DNA from: an uncultured Eggerthellaceae bacterium
GTDB lineage: Bacteria > Actinomycetota > Coriobacteriia > Coriobacteriales > Eggerthellaceae
Assembly (NCBI GenBank): GCA_947626195.1
Contig: CANQRF010000007.1
Span: 15,948 to 79,947, forward strand
DNA length: 64,000 nucleotides
Reading direction: 5' to 3'
Every line of letters begins with the position of its first letter. Position 1 is the first letter of the stretch. A model generated the notes under the pieces. The model searched no databases, was not told the origin of the DNA, and saw only the letters and a program-made list of their open reading frames with translations. A program made the position numbers and the translations under genes. Shown piece after piece: positions 26,634 through 36,959 of this stretch.

Positions 26634-27212
26634 CTATTTCTTCAGCACCTTGCGCAGCGGCACCACGAGAATCTGCACGAGGATGCAGTTGAAGAGCGCC
26701 GTGCCGAACACCATGGGGATGTAGGTGATGAACGTGGCGAGGAAGGGGTTTCCGCCCAGGCCGCAGCCGACGATGAAGGCAAACGTATAGCCCGAAACGA
26801 CCGTTGAGATGAAGGTGTTCACAAGCGGGTTGATGTCGAGCTTGCCAATGCGCATGGGCACGAGGATCAAAAGCCCGCAGATGAGCGCACCGAGCGTCTC
26901 GGATGCGAGGTTCACCCACGGCGTGGCGTTGAGCATCGGGATCTGGCAGATGAGGCCGGCGATGATGCCGATGATGACGGCTTGCCCGACGTTCGGACGT
27001 GTGAGGATGATCGCGAGGCAATACATCGCGATGATGAAGTTCGGCTTCATGCCCGCGAAGGTGAGCACCGTGCCGAGCGTGAGCTTGAGCACCGCTCCAG
27101 CGGCGAGCAGCACGGCGATCAGGATGAGATCGTTGATCTGCAGGCCCTTCTTCTCGACGGTTTTCACCTCGCGCTTCTGCGCTGCCGGGGCTGTGGCTAC
27201 TTGTTGTTCCAT
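26634..27212 (-). CDS. trpP: ECF S component, TrpP-type (tryptophan) substrate-capture protein
   Basis: Small 6-TM protein with GMKPNFIIAM and IGIIAGLI blocks resembling Bacillus TrpP/YhaG. Start reassigned to the ATG at 27212 (MEQQVAT), preceded by AAAGGAAG. It lies immediately downstream of a T-box leader. Confidence 0.6.
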   Translation of the reverse strand: MEQQVATAPAAQKREVKTVEKKGLQINDLILIAVLLAAGAVLKLTLGTVLTFAGMKPNFIIAMYCLAIILTRPNVGQAVIIGIIAGLICQIPMLNATPWVNLASETLGALICGLLILVPMRIGKLDINPLVNTFISTVVSGYTFAFIVGCGLGGNPFLATFITYIPMVFGTALFNCILVQILVVPLRKVLKK

Positions 27213-27242
27213 TTTGTTTACTTCCTTTCTTTCTCTGCCCAC

Positions 27243-27500
27243 AAAAAAAGATCTGTCCCTTTGCTAAAGGACAGATCTTCAAATCTGCGGTGCCACCTTT
27301 ATTGGCTCATACGAACCCCCTCATGAACGTGCCATCACACGCTCTGCCATTAACGCAGGCTCACGGTCCAGATACTCGGCAAGCTTTTCACCTGCCTTTC
27401 CCCTTTCCCTCGGCGACCCATTTACCACCCAGCGTTCCTACGGGAATCCCAGCTACGCCCGCTCTCTGTGAGTGCTTTGATGGCTTGACTTTCGCCTCAT
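27243..27500 (-). promoter_or_regulatory. T-box riboswitch leader with intrinsic terminator (candidate Trp specifier)
   Basis: On the minus strand: AGAGAG box, candidate specifier GGAACGC-UGG-G, and T-box core AAUAAAGGUGGCACCGCAG (27285-27297 on the plus strand). Directly after comes the terminator AGATCTGTCC-loop-GGACAGATCT plus T7 (27243-27278). The 5' boundary is approximate. Confidence 0.65.
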
Positions 27501-27749
27501 CGGTTTCTGCTATTCAGTTGTGGACATAAGATAACACAGAAAAGCAGATGTTGTTAGTATTTTTTTGGTTTATCATGTCTTTTTGAGCATGTGCGGCCTT
27601 GTCAACCGCCCCTGACCTTGGATGACGCTAAGATAGGCGCAGATTCAAAGCAGCCTGTGCGGAGCAGTTTCGCTTCGGCATGGCGAGGGGGAAGCTTTTA
27701 AGGAGAATGCGCATGCCCGCAAGTCGAGCAAACGCAGAAGGAACATACC

Positions 27750-29672
27750 ATGCCCGATCGATATAACCAACGCGGAAACAACCAGCGTGCAAACGGCCAA
27801 CGCGGAGACGACCGGCGTTCTAACGACCGGCCGGCCAATCTGGTCGGCGGCAACAACGGTGAGAACCGTGCGAGATTTCGCGAAGACGTCTTCTATCGCA
27901 ACACCAACCAGGGAACGCGCAACACACTGCGTCCGGCAAAGGCGCAGGGGATGGCAAATGGCGCGCCCGTCGCGCAGAATGGCGCATATCCGGTTGCCGA
28001 TCAGCAGCTTTCCGATTTCAGCCGCTCGTCGGCAACCTATCAACGGGGCGGTCGCGCCCGAACGCGTGCTTCCGAGGCGGAGGCCCAGTTCGCCCAGCGG
28101 CTCCAAGGTGCGAGTGAGCCTCCGGCAGAACGGCAGCAAACTCAGCGCGGGCCGCAGGAGGCACCATACCAGACGCAACAGGCTCACCGGCAGGCGCAAC
28201 AGGCTCGTCAGCAGGTGCACGAGACTCGTCAGCCACACCCGCAACAACCTTATCCCCAGAATCCCCAGCAGCCTCGGCAGCCTTACGGCATGCCGCAAAA
28301 CGGCTATCGACAGAACCAGTTCCAGCGGGGAAGCGCCGCCTATGGCGACGTTCCCCATTACGATGTGCATGCGAGCCGCTCCGAGCGCGCGCGAGCGAAA
28401 AACGGCTACCAAGGCTATAGCGCCACGCGTCGTGTACAAGCGCAGCGCAACGGATCGAACCTCACGGGTGAGGCGGCCTATTACGGCGACGCGAACCGTT
28501 ATTCCGCCAAACGCGCGAAGAAGCCGATCAACAAAGTTGCCGTCGGCGTGATAATCGCCGTAGCCGTTGTGCTGGCGGTGGGCGTTTGGATTTTCATGAA
28601 TCCGCGCAGCTTCCCCGTCACCGTGAACGGCATCGAATACACCGTCGATCGCGGCACCACCGTGGGCGACCTCATCGACGAGGGCTATGCCGCCCCGATG
28701 CCGGGCAACCTCTTGGCGATTGACGGCAATGTGATTGAAACCGGCGGCGGCGCCGAATACAGCGGCATGATCAACGGCGATGAGAACAACGATCGCACAA
28801 CCGAGGTGCATAAGGAAGATGTGATCACCATCAACAACGGCGGCGATACCACCGAGGACTTCACCGAAGAGCAGGTCGAGATCGCACCCCAAACTGTCAG
28901 CGGCGGCATCGGTTCCCTCCATGTGTTTCTGGAAGGCGAGCCGGGCATCGTGAACCGCAAGACGGGCGTGGTTTCGGGAATCACGCAGGACGAACCCGTG
29001 AAGGAGGTCGTAAACGCGGGCTATGTGAAGTTCAATGCCGACCCCGGGCAAAAGGTGATAGCCCTCACCTTCGACGATGGCCCTTGGCCGACATCCACCG
29101 CGCAAATTCTCGACGTTCTCGACCAATACGGCGCAAAGGCCACGTTCTTCACCATCGGTAATCAGGTAAGCGATAACGCCGACGTGGTGAAGCGCGCGAA
29201 GGCAGCCGGTCATCAGGTGGCCACCCACACATGGGACCATGCGAGCGGCTCGGGGCAGGGCGTGAACTTGGGCTATATGACCGCCGAAGAGCAGATCCAA
29301 GAGGTGGAGAAGGGCTTTGGCGTGCTTGACGATCTCTTCGGAGAGAAGGTCAGCCGCGTCTTCCGCTCCCCCGGCGGCAACTTCTCAGGCGACACGGTGA
29401 CGAACCTTCAGCCCTACGTCACCGCCGAGATAGGCTGGAACATCGATACGGAAGACTGGCGCCGTCCTGGCGTGGATGCCATCGTCAGCCAGATCGAGAG
29501 TGCCTCTTCGGGCAATGTCATCCTCATGCACGACGGCGGCGGGGATCGCTCTCAGACCGTGGAGGCTTTGAGCATCGCGCTCCCCTACCTCGTGAACCAG
29601 GGGTATCAGTTCGTGACCATCGACGAGCTGCTCGCGATGCAGGATTATTCGAAGATCAAAGTCGAGGAATAA
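27750..29672 (+). CDS. Membrane-anchored polysaccharide/peptidoglycan deacetylase (NodB domain) with long disordered N-terminal tail
   Basis: A roughly 250-aa Q/R/N/P-rich low-complexity tail, a TM (VAVGVIIAVAVVLAVGVWIF), a beta-rich linker, and a NodB core (ALTFDDGPW, ATHTWDH, FRSPGG, VILMHDGG). Confidence 0.8.
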   Translation: MPDRYNQRGNNQRANGQRGDDRRSNDRPANLVGGNNGENRARFREDVFYRNTNQGTRNTLRPAKAQGMANGAPVAQNGAYPVADQQLSDFSRSSATYQRGGRARTRASEAEAQFAQRLQGASEPPAERQQTQRGPQEAPYQTQQAHRQAQQARQQVHETRQPHPQQPYPQNPQQPRQPYGMPQNGYRQNQFQRGSAAYGDVPHYDVHASRSERARAKNGYQGYSATRRVQAQRNGSNLTGEAAYYGDANRYSAKRAKKPINKVAVGVIIAVAVVLAVGVWIFMNPRSFPVTVNGIEYTVDRGTTVGDLIDEGYAAPMPGNLLAIDGNVIETGGGAEYSGMINGDENNDRTTEVHKEDVITINNGGDTTEDFTEEQVEIAPQTVSGGIGSLHVFLEGEPGIVNRKTGVVSGITQDEPVKEVVNAGYVKFNADPGQKVIALTFDDGPWPTSTAQILDVLDQYGAKATFFTIGNQVSDNADVVKRAKAAGHQVATHTWDHASGSGQGVNLGYMTAEEQIQEVEKGFGVLDDLFGEKVSRVFRSPGGNFSGDTVTNLQPYVTAEIGWNIDTEDWRRPGVDAIVSQIESASSGNVILMHDGGGDRSQTVEALSIALPYLVNQGYQFVTIDELLAMQDYSKIKVEE

Positions 29673-29735
29673 CGGGAAACTCGTAGGAGCAAGAGCCATG
29701 CGCACGCTTCCGCATAAACGCAGAGCGTGCACCCT

Positions 29736-30662
29736 TCATGCGTGGACGGCGAGGGGCAAGAACGCCTCGTTGACGATGACATGGAACATCTCGTGATAGA
29801 ATTCGCGCTCTACGGCAGGGAGAAGCGATAGCCCGAACGCCTCTTCGGGCACTGAATCGAGGATTTCGTCAATGGCGCTGAGATCTAAAGCCTGCGCTAC
29901 GCGCGAAATAGCAGCTTTCATCTGCGGATCCTCAGATTCGTGCATAAACTTGAAGGGATGGATGTGCTTCCCCTCATTATCAAGATAGAAGGAGACCCCC
30001 GTTTTGAGAGCATCCTCCCGCAGAAGCCCTTCGCCTTTTATGCGTGAGGCAAACACTTCTTCCAAGCGTTTCCCGAAAAGACAGCTCCCATTGTCGTAAA
30101 CCGGCGCAAGAACGCCGCTCTTTCCATCGGGCGAAGCTAAAACACCCCAATTGCCGTTGTTTCGATCGCCGTTTCTGATAAGGGCATCCACGACGAACAT
30201 ATCCCAAAAACGCTCGATCACCCCCTCGGTGTTTTGGAGGGTAAGCGAATGATCGATCACGGCGAGAATATCCGAGAGATATTCCCCGCCCTCATCTGAG
30301 CTGCTGGTCTGCAGCCCCGCGTCCTCCTCGTGAAGGCGGTTCTTCAGAAGCGAGATTTCGACAAGCCGCCGGTCTACGGCGAAGTCCTTGCATGCGCACA
30401 CAACACGCCCGTCGCGGACGCCGAGCAGCGTCTCGTGAACAGGGATGCCGAGCGAGGCATAGATGTGCGACCCGATATACTCGCATATCGGATTGGTGGC
30501 ATATGAAGGGTGATTGCCCCGCAGCCGCTTCAAGGACGCGGGAAATTTCAGCATCCATCGCTCGCCATCGATGTCGATGGCATATTTGGTGGAGGCCCGA
30601 CCTCCATAAACGCCGGAATAGTCCTCTTCGAATTTATTGAAATCGTATATCTCTTGTGTCAC
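29736..30662 (-). CDS. HipA-C/CtkA-like serine/threonine kinase, stand-alone
   Basis: 308 aa. WMLKFP (ATP-binding Lys region), catalytic-loop-like DALIRNGDRNNGNWG and DFG-equivalent APVYDNGS. No HipA N-domain is present. It starts 24 bp after the recN stop on the same strand. Confidence 0.65.
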   Translation of the reverse strand: MTQEIYDFNKFEEDYSGVYGGRASTKYAIDIDGERWMLKFPASLKRLRGNHPSYATNPICEYIGSHIYASLGIPVHETLLGVRDGRVVCACKDFAVDRRLVEISLLKNRLHEEDAGLQTSSSDEGGEYLSDILAVIDHSLTLQNTEGVIERFWDMFVVDALIRNGDRNNGNWGVLASPDGKSGVLAPVYDNGSCLFGKRLEEVFASRIKGEGLLREDALKTGVSFYLDNEGKHIHPFKFMHESEDPQMKAAISRVAQALDLSAIDEILDSVPEEAFGLSLLPAVEREFYHEMFHVIVNEAFLPLAVHA

Positions 30663-30686
30663 TGAACCATCACCTCTGAAGCGCCA

Positions 30687-32336
30687 TCAGCTTAACCCGT
30701 TTTTGCCGCTAGGAAAACCAGCGGAAGCTAGAAGCTCGCGGGCGTGGGCGAGGGAGGCTTCGGTCTGGCTACCGGAAAGCATGCGGGCGATCTCGCCGAC
30801 GCGCTCTTCATCTGATAGCTCCACAATGTGAGTGGTCGAGGCTTTTTTCGCATTGCCCTCGCGCATGACGCGGAAATGGCGGTTGGCATAGACGGCCACC
30901 TGCGCCAGATGCGTGACGACGATCACCTGATGAGTGAGCGAGAGCTCGGCAATGAGCTCGCCGAGCGCCTGGGCGGTCGCGCCACCGACGCCGGCGTCCA
31001 CCTCATCGAACACGAGCGACGCCACCTTGTCTCTCGTCCCGAGCACCACCTTGATGGCGAGCATCACGCGGCTTACCTCGCCTCCCGAGGCGATCTTCGC
31101 GAGCGGACGCGCGCTCAGGCCCTTCCCCGGGCGGAAGCAGAACTCAACGCTTTGCGGCGAATGGGCACTCCACTGCTCACGCGGCAAATCGGTGACCTCG
31201 CAGGTGAGCTCGGCGCCGTTCATCTGGAGGCGATCCATCTGCCCGCTCACCTGACGAGCGAACTGCGGGGCAATCTTCCGACGTGCCTTGCCGAGCTCCC
31301 GCGCCGCCTTATCCAGCGCCGCCTCGGCGGCGTCAAGCTCGGCGAGGGCCTTCTCACGGCGTTCCGTGGCATCGTCGACCATTCCCAGAAGCCGCGCCGC
31401 CTCGTCGCGCCGCGCGAACACCTCTTCCATCGTGGGGCCAAAGGCGCGCATGAGCCCTTGGAAGGCGGCAAGCCGCTCCTGCGCAGCGGCAAGCGCCTCG
31501 CCGTCGAACTCGACCTTATCGCGATAGGCGCGCATCTCACGCGACACGTCTTCGAGCATGTAGCTCGCATCGCGCAGCGTGGCAAGCGGCTTCTCGAGCG
31601 ACCCATCGTAAGCAGCCGCGTTTTCCAAGGTGGAGAGCGCCGACGAGATGCGATCAAGCGCCCCGTCCTCATCGGCAAGCGCCTCATACGCGCCGTTCGC
31701 ACCCATCGCCAGCACTTCAGCGTGCTCGGCGCGATGCGTGTCGCTGACGAGCGCTTCATATTCGCCCACCGAAGGGCTCACCGCCTCGATGCGGGAAAGC
31801 GTGAAGCGCGCCTCTTCGAGCGAGGCATCTGAGAGCGCCGCCGCATGGTCGATCTCCGCAAGCGCCGCGCTCGCCGCCTGTGCGTGCCCAAACGCTTCCT
31901 TATAAGCGTGCTGCAACGGCGCTAGCTCTTCGCCTGCCCACAAATCCAAAAGCTCGCGGTGCGTGGCGGGGCGCATGAGCGATTGGTGCTCGTGCTGGCT
32001 GCAGAGATCGATCGCGTGGCCGACCTTCTGCGAGAGCTCGCCCAAGCTCACCATCTCGCCGTTGATCGTGGCGCGCGACCTGCCGTCGGCATTCACCTGG
32101 CGCGTGATGACGAGCTCGTCCTCGCCCAAGAACAGCCTTCCCGAAACGCGCAGGGCATCGGCGCCCTCGCGAATAAGGCCACGATCGCCCCGCTCCCCCA
32201 TCAGGAGCTTGAGCGCTGAAAGCAGCGCGGTCTTGCCCGCGCCGGTCTCGCCGGTGATGACCGTCAGCCCTTTGTCGGGCATAAGGGCAGCGGAAGTGAT
32301 GAGCGCGAGATTCTCGACGCGGATCTCATCGATCAT
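30687..32336 (-). CDS. recN: DNA repair protein RecN
   Basis: SMC-like protein with MIDEIRVENLALI, Walker A GETGAGKT, a long coiled coil, and C-terminal SGGE...LVFDEVDAGVGG. Start moved from the ORF start (32456) to the ATG at 32336, which gives the canonical N-terminus. Confidence 0.9.
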   Translation of the reverse strand: MIDEIRVENLALITSAALMPDKGLTVITGETGAGKTALLSALKLLMGERGDRGLIREGADALRVSGRLFLGEDELVITRQVNADGRSRATINGEMVSLGELSQKVGHAIDLCSQHEHQSLMRPATHRELLDLWAGEELAPLQHAYKEAFGHAQAASAALAEIDHAAALSDASLEEARFTLSRIEAVSPSVGEYEALVSDTHRAEHAEVLAMGANGAYEALADEDGALDRISSALSTLENAAAYDGSLEKPLATLRDASYMLEDVSREMRAYRDKVEFDGEALAAAQERLAAFQGLMRAFGPTMEEVFARRDEAARLLGMVDDATERREKALAELDAAEAALDKAARELGKARRKIAPQFARQVSGQMDRLQMNGAELTCEVTDLPREQWSAHSPQSVEFCFRPGKGLSARPLAKIASGGEVSRVMLAIKVVLGTRDKVASLVFDEVDAGVGGATAQALGELIAELSLTHQVIVVTHLAQVAVYANRHFRVMREGNAKKASTTHIVELSDEERVGEIARMLSGSQTEASLAHARELLASAGFPSGKNGLS

Positions 32337-32459
32337 GATTCGACCTTTCTCCCAGCGTGATGAAATTGGATGCTCGGGCGCTGCCCACCACGGTTGTGCT
32401 TCTGATGCTTCGCGAAAATGTTCGACGCTTATTATACCGCCGAAGCGCCTCGCCAAAGC

Positions 32460-34577
32460 CTAGCTTCTCCGCGAAGAGCCGTAGGCTGCATGTTTGCGAT
32501 TGCCGAAGGCGCTTCCCTTGCGAGCGCCCTTTTTGAGGTCAGCGAGAACATCCTGCTCGCTCTGGCCCTCGAAATTCGCCCTCAGCCGCACGATCTGGTC
32601 GCGCAGACGCGCCGCCTGCTCGAAATCCATGTCGCGCGAAGCCTCGGCCATGTCGTCTTCCATCGAAGAGATGATGCGCAGCACCTCTTCCCGCGAGAGC
32701 TCGGCAAGCTCCTTGTTCACCTGCTCGGCGGTGGTTGAGCCCATCTCGTCGTTCACGTAGCCCATGATGTCGTTGATCGCCTTGCGGATGGTCTTCGGCT
32801 CGATGCCGTGTTCCTCGTTGTAGGCCATCTGCAGCTCGCGGCGGCGGTTCGTCTCGGAGATGGCACGCTGCATCGACTCGGTCACCTTGTCGGCATACAT
32901 GATCACCTGGCCGCTCACGTTGCGCGCCGCGCGCCCGATGGTCTGGATGAGCGAACGGTGATTGCGCAGGAAGCCCTCTTTGTCGGCGTCGAGGATGGCC
33001 ACGAGGGAGACCTCGGGGAGATCGAGCCCCTCGCGCAAAAGGTTGATGCCCACGAGCACATCGAAGGCGCCGCGCCGCAGGTCGGAAAGGATTTCCACAC
33101 GTTCGAGCGTGGCGATGTCGGAATGCATGTAGCGCGCACGGATGCCCAAATCCAGCAGGTGGTCGGTCAGATCCTCAGCCATCTTCTTCGTGAGCGTGGT
33201 AATGAGCACGCGCTCGTCCTTTTCGGCACGCGCCCGCGCCTCATCCACGATGTCATCGATCTGCCCCGTGATACCGCGCACAATGATCTCGGGATCGAGC
33301 AGGCCGGTCGGGCGGATGATCTGCTCCACCTGCGCGAGCGACACCTTTTCCTCGTAGTCGCCCGGCGTCGCCGACACATAGATGAACTGCGGCACGCGCG
33401 CCTCGAACTCATCGAAGCGAAGCGGGCGGTTGTCAAGGCAGCTCGGCAAGCGGAAGCCGTGCTCCGCGAGCGTCACCTTGCGCGAGCGATCGCCCTCGTG
33501 CATGCCGCGGATCTGCGGCACCGTCACATGGCTCTCATCGATGATGCAGAGGAAATCCTCGGGGAAATAGTCGATGAGCGTGTAGGGCGGCTCGCCGGGA
33601 GCGCGTCCGTCGAGGTGGCGCGAATAGTTCTCGATGCCGGAGCAGAATCCCATCGTCTCAAGCATCTCCAGATCGTAGCTCGTGCGCATCTCGAGCCGCT
33701 GCGCCTCGAGGAGCTTCCCCTCGGCCTTGAATTCGGCAAGGCGGCTCGCCAGCTCCTCGCGGATCGTCCCGAGCGCGCGATCCATCTTCGGCCGCGCGGT
33801 CACGTAGTGCGAGGCAGGCCAGATGGGAAGCGCCTCGTAATGGTTGATCACCTCGCCGGTCACGTGGTCGATCTCCGCGATCTCCTCTACTTCATCGCCC
33901 CAGAAATCGATGCGGAGCGGATTGTCGGCATAGGGCGGAAAGACATCGAGCGCATCACCGCGGACGCGAAACGTCCCGCGCGCCAGCTCGTAATCGTTGC
34001 GATCGTATTGGATGTCGATGAGCTGGTGGATGACATCGTCGCGATCAGCGGGCTTCTGCTTGTCGACAAACACCGCCATGCCAGCATAATCCGCCGGACT
34101 GCCGATGCCGTAGATGCAGCTCACCGAGGCCACCACGATCACATCGCGCCGCGAGAGCAGCGCCGAGGTGGCCGCATGGCGCAGCTTCTCCACCTCCTCG
34201 TTGATGGAGGCGTCCTTCTCGATGAAAGTGTCGGAGGAGGGCACGTACGCCTCAGGCTGGTAGTAATCGTAGTAGGAGACGAAATAGACGACGGCGTTTT
34301 CGGGGAAGAACTCCTTGAGCTCGGCGGCGAGCTGGGCAGCAAGCGTCTTGTTCGGCGCCATGACGAGCGTGGGTTTCTGCACGCGCTCGATCGTCTTCGC
34401 CATCGTGAAGGTCTTGCCCGAGCCGGTGACGCCGAGCAGCGTTTGGTAGCGCAGCCCGCTTGCGACGCCCTGTGCGAGCGCTTCGACGGCCTGAGGCTGG
34501 TCGCCCGCCATCTCGTAGGGGGCGACCACCTTGAAGGGCGTGGCCGCAAGTCTGACGGAGGGCAGCTTGCCCTCCAT
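32460..34577 (-). CDS. uvrB: Excinuclease ABC subunit B
   Basis: [19 protein letters not shown] box, helicase motifs and C-terminal UVR domain (FEQAARLRD). Start set at ATG 34577 (MEGKLPS), preceded by GAGGG. This avoids overlap with coaE. Confidence 0.93.
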   Translation of the reverse strand: MEGKLPSVRLAATPFKVVAPYEMAGDQPQAVEALAQGVASGLRYQTLLGVTGSGKTFTMAKTIERVQKPTLVMAPNKTLAAQLAAELKEFFPENAVVYFVSYYDYYQPEAYVPSSDTFIEKDASINEEVEKLRHAATSALLSRRDVIVVASVSCIYGIGSPADYAGMAVFVDKQKPADRDDVIHQLIDIQYDRNDYELARGTFRVRGDALDVFPPYADNPLRIDFWGDEVEEIAEIDHVTGEVINHYEALPIWPASHYVTARPKMDRALGTIREELASRLAEFKAEGKLLEAQRLEMRTSYDLEMLETMGFCSGIENYSRHLDGRAPGEPPYTLIDYFPEDFLCIIDESHVTVPQIRGMHEGDRSRKVTLAEHGFRLPSCLDNRPLRFDEFEARVPQFIYVSATPGDYEEKVSLAQVEQIIRPTGLLDPEIIVRGITGQIDDIVDEARARAEKDERVLITTLTKKMAEDLTDHLLDLGIRARYMHSDIATLERVEILSDLRRGAFDVLVGINLLREGLDLPEVSLVAILDADKEGFLRNHRSLIQTIGRAARNVSGQVIMYADKVTESMQRAISETNRRRELQMAYNEEHGIEPKTIRKAINDIMGYVNDEMGSTTAEQVNKELAELSREEVLRIISSMEDDMAEASRDMDFEQAARLRDQIVRLRANFEGQSEQDVLADLKKGARKGSAFGNRKHAAYGSSRRS

Positions 34578-34587
34578 TTTCACACCC

Positions 34588-35217
34588 TCAATGTTTCGCA
34601 GATGACTCGACATCTTCGTTTATGGTCTGCTTGTAACCTTCCCACCAATTGACGACCTGCTGGTAGAGCTCTTCTTTGGTGCCGTTGTTCTCGAAGACAA
34701 TGTCGCATGCCTCGATGCGATCGGCGTCGCTGATCTGACGGGAAATGCGGTTGCGCACATCCTGCTCGTCGAAACCCGACGCCACCGCGCGGGCCACGCG
34801 CACATCAAGCGGCGCTATTACCGCGATCACGACGTCGGCCGCATGGGCGAGCGAGGTCATGCGATCCTTGAAGACGGAGTATTCGACGACCACCGCCTCA
34901 CAGCCCTGCTTTTCGAGTTCGGAGACCATATCGAGATAGGTTTCCTCGATGCGCGGCATTGTCGCGCGGTTGAGCTTGCGCGTCTCCGCCGGAGAGACGA
35001 ACGCCTTATTCGCCAGCGCGCTGCGATTGATCTCTCCCTGATCGTCGAGGATGTCCTCGCCGAAGGTGTCGACAAGCTCTTCCTTCACGACATCCCAACG
35101 CAGAACGTCGTGACCCACCTTATCGAGGTCGATATAGGGAAGCCCCTGATCGACAAGGGCCTTCCGTGCGGTCGACTTTCCAGCTCCCATGCCACCAACG
35201 ATGAAGATCTTTTTCAT
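34588..35217 (-). CDS. coaE: Dephospho-CoA kinase
   Basis: 209 aa with P-loop [11 protein letters not shown] and CoaE length. It occupies the conserved actinobacterial position between rpsA and uvrB. Confidence 0.85.
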   Translation of the reverse strand: MKKIFIVGGMGAGKSTARKALVDQGLPYIDLDKVGHDVLRWDVVKEELVDTFGEDILDDQGEINRSALANKAFVSPAETRKLNRATMPRIEETYLDMVSELEKQGCEAVVVEYSVFKDRMTSLAHAADVVIAVIAPLDVRVARAVASGFDEQDVRNRISRQISDADRIEACDIVFENNGTKEELYQQVVNWWEGYKQTINEDVESSAKH

Positions 35218-35310
35218 CCCGTCCTCCTGACACCGTCTTTGCCCTCATCATACAACAAGGGCCAGCCGTGTGGCTGACCCCTGCTATGTTCCTTAGGGAA
35301 AACGCTCGAT

Positions 35311-36612
35311 TTATTCGGCAGCGTTCTTTTCGGCCTCGGCCTCAGCAGCCGCTTCGGGCTCTGCTGATTCCGCCGGTGCCGCTTCGGCAGCTTCCTCGGC
35401 CTTCGCTCCAGCAGGCGCAGCGCTTTCAGCTCCTTCCTCCGGAGCGCCCTTCTTGCGCTTCGCAGGGCGCTCCTCATGCGGAACGGTCTCATCGACCTCG
35501 ATCTCGAAGCCGAGCTCTTCCGCGGCGGCCTTCATTGAAAGCGAGATGCGGCGACGGTCGGAATTGATCTCCATGACTTTCACCTTCACCCCGTCGCCCG
35601 TGTGAACGACCTGGCTCGGCGTCTCGATGTGCTTGCCCGCCATCTCGGAGATGTGGACGAGGCCCTCCACATTGTCGCCCAGCTCGATAAAGGCGCCAAA
35701 CGGCACGATCTTCGTGACTTTGCCGTCAACGATGGTGCCGACCGGATAAGACTCCACGAGCTTGATCCACGGATCCTCGGTGGTCTGCTTCAGGCCGAGC
35801 GAGATGCGCTCACGCTGCAGGTCGACGTCGAGCACTTCCACCTCCACCTCGTCGCCAACCTTGACGACCTCGGAGGGGTGGTTCACATGGTTCCACGAAA
35901 GCTCGGAGATGTGCACGAGACCGTCGATGCCGCCGAGATCGACGAAAGCGCCGAAGTCGACGATTGAGGAGACGGTGCCCTTGAGGCGCATGCCCTTCGA
36001 GAGCTTCGAGAGGATCTCGGCGCGCTCGTTCTTGCGGCCTTCCTCAAGCAGCACACGACGCGAGAGCACGACGTTGTTGCGGTTGCGATCCATCTCGATG
36101 ACGCGGGCCTCGATCTCGGTGCCGAGATACATATCGAGGTCCTTCACGCGGCGCAGGTCGACAAGCGACGCCGGCAGAAAGCCGCGCAGTCCGATGTCGA
36201 GGATCAGGCCGCCCTTGACGACCTCGATGACCTCGCCGGTGACCACTTCGCCGTTCTTGAATTTCTCCTCCACGCGGTTCCACGCGCGCTCGTACTCGGC
36301 GCGCTTGCGGGAAAGGATGAGGCGGCCGTCCTTGTCCTCCTTCTGAAGGACGAGCGCTTCGATCTTCTCGCCGAGCTCCACGACATCGGCGGGATCGGCG
36401 TCTTTGCGAATCGTGAGCTCACGAACGGGAATGACGCCTTCGCTCTTGAAGCCAATGTCGACGAGCACTTCGTCGTGCTCGATCTTGACGACGACGCCAT
36501 CGACAAGATCGCCCTCATCGAACTCGGTGAGCGTGCCGTCAATCATCTGATTCATCTGATCGTCGGAGATGTCGGTGAAGTCGATGACTGACGTGTTCTT
36601 GATTTCGGTCAA
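35311..36612 (-). CDS. rpsA: 30S ribosomal protein S1
   Basis: Four S1 (OB-fold) repeats (GDLVDGVV..., [54 protein letters not shown]) and an acidic/Ala-rich tail. Confidence 0.95.
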   Translation of the reverse strand: MTEIKNTSVIDFTDISDDQMNQMIDGTLTEFDEGDLVDGVVVKIEHDEVLVDIGFKSEGVIPVRELTIRKDADPADVVELGEKIEALVLQKEDKDGRLILSRKRAEYERAWNRVEEKFKNGEVVTGEVIEVVKGGLILDIGLRGFLPASLVDLRRVKDLDMYLGTEIEARVIEMDRNRNNVVLSRRVLLEEGRKNERAEILSKLSKGMRLKGTVSSIVDFGAFVDLGGIDGLVHISELSWNHVNHPSEVVKVGDEVEVEVLDVDLQRERISLGLKQTTEDPWIKLVESYPVGTIVDGKVTKIVPFGAFIELGDNVEGLVHISEMAGKHIETPSQVVHTGDGVKVKVMEINSDRRRISLSMKAAAEELGFEIEVDETVPHEERPAKRKKGAPEEGAESAAPAGAKAEEAAEAAPAESAEPEAAAEAEAEKNAAE

Positions 36613-36882
36613 GATGGACCCCTTTCAAACTCGCTTCGGGGACCCTTCGCCATGAATTAATTGCTACCTGCTACGTTTGCCTGCTCGGCTTGCTCACTCG
36701 TAAAACAACAAAACATGTCTCGGGGGCCAATAGTTTCCTGCCTACATTTTATAGACGCCACAAGTATAGCATTTGAGGATTGAGCACAAGGGAAAAACAC
36801 CGAGAAGGCAGCGAATGTGCTCCGAATGCGACCCCGTGTGACCGCCCGTGCGGATGCGCGTGTGATTCTTAATGGTGAAAGC

Positions 36883-36913
36883 GAAGGGGCGCAGCAGCAC
36901 GCCACGCCCCTTC
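36883..36913 (-). terminator. Hairpin downstream of nrfA (candidate terminator)
   Basis: Perfect 9-bp stem GAAGGGGCG/CGCCCCTTC with a 13-nt loop. Only a weak T-tract follows on the minus strand. Confidence 0.35.
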
Positions 36914-36959
36914 CATACGAGGTCTCTGCCCTTGAATGCGCATTGCGCAAGGCAGCCTT

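Noticed and set aside
27645-29300. Very long ORFs antisense to well-supported genes. Examples: 27645-29300(-), 24043-25074(+), 30828-31832(+), 32808-34652(+), 37350-38354(+), 38101-40011(-), 43581-45509(-), 56248-57774(-), 57850-58776(-), 60726-62120(+).
   Set aside because: They overlap genes with unambiguous family motifs on the other strand. Their translations are Arg/His/Gly/Ala-rich and motif-free. Stop-codon depletion on the antisense strand is expected in high-GC DNA.
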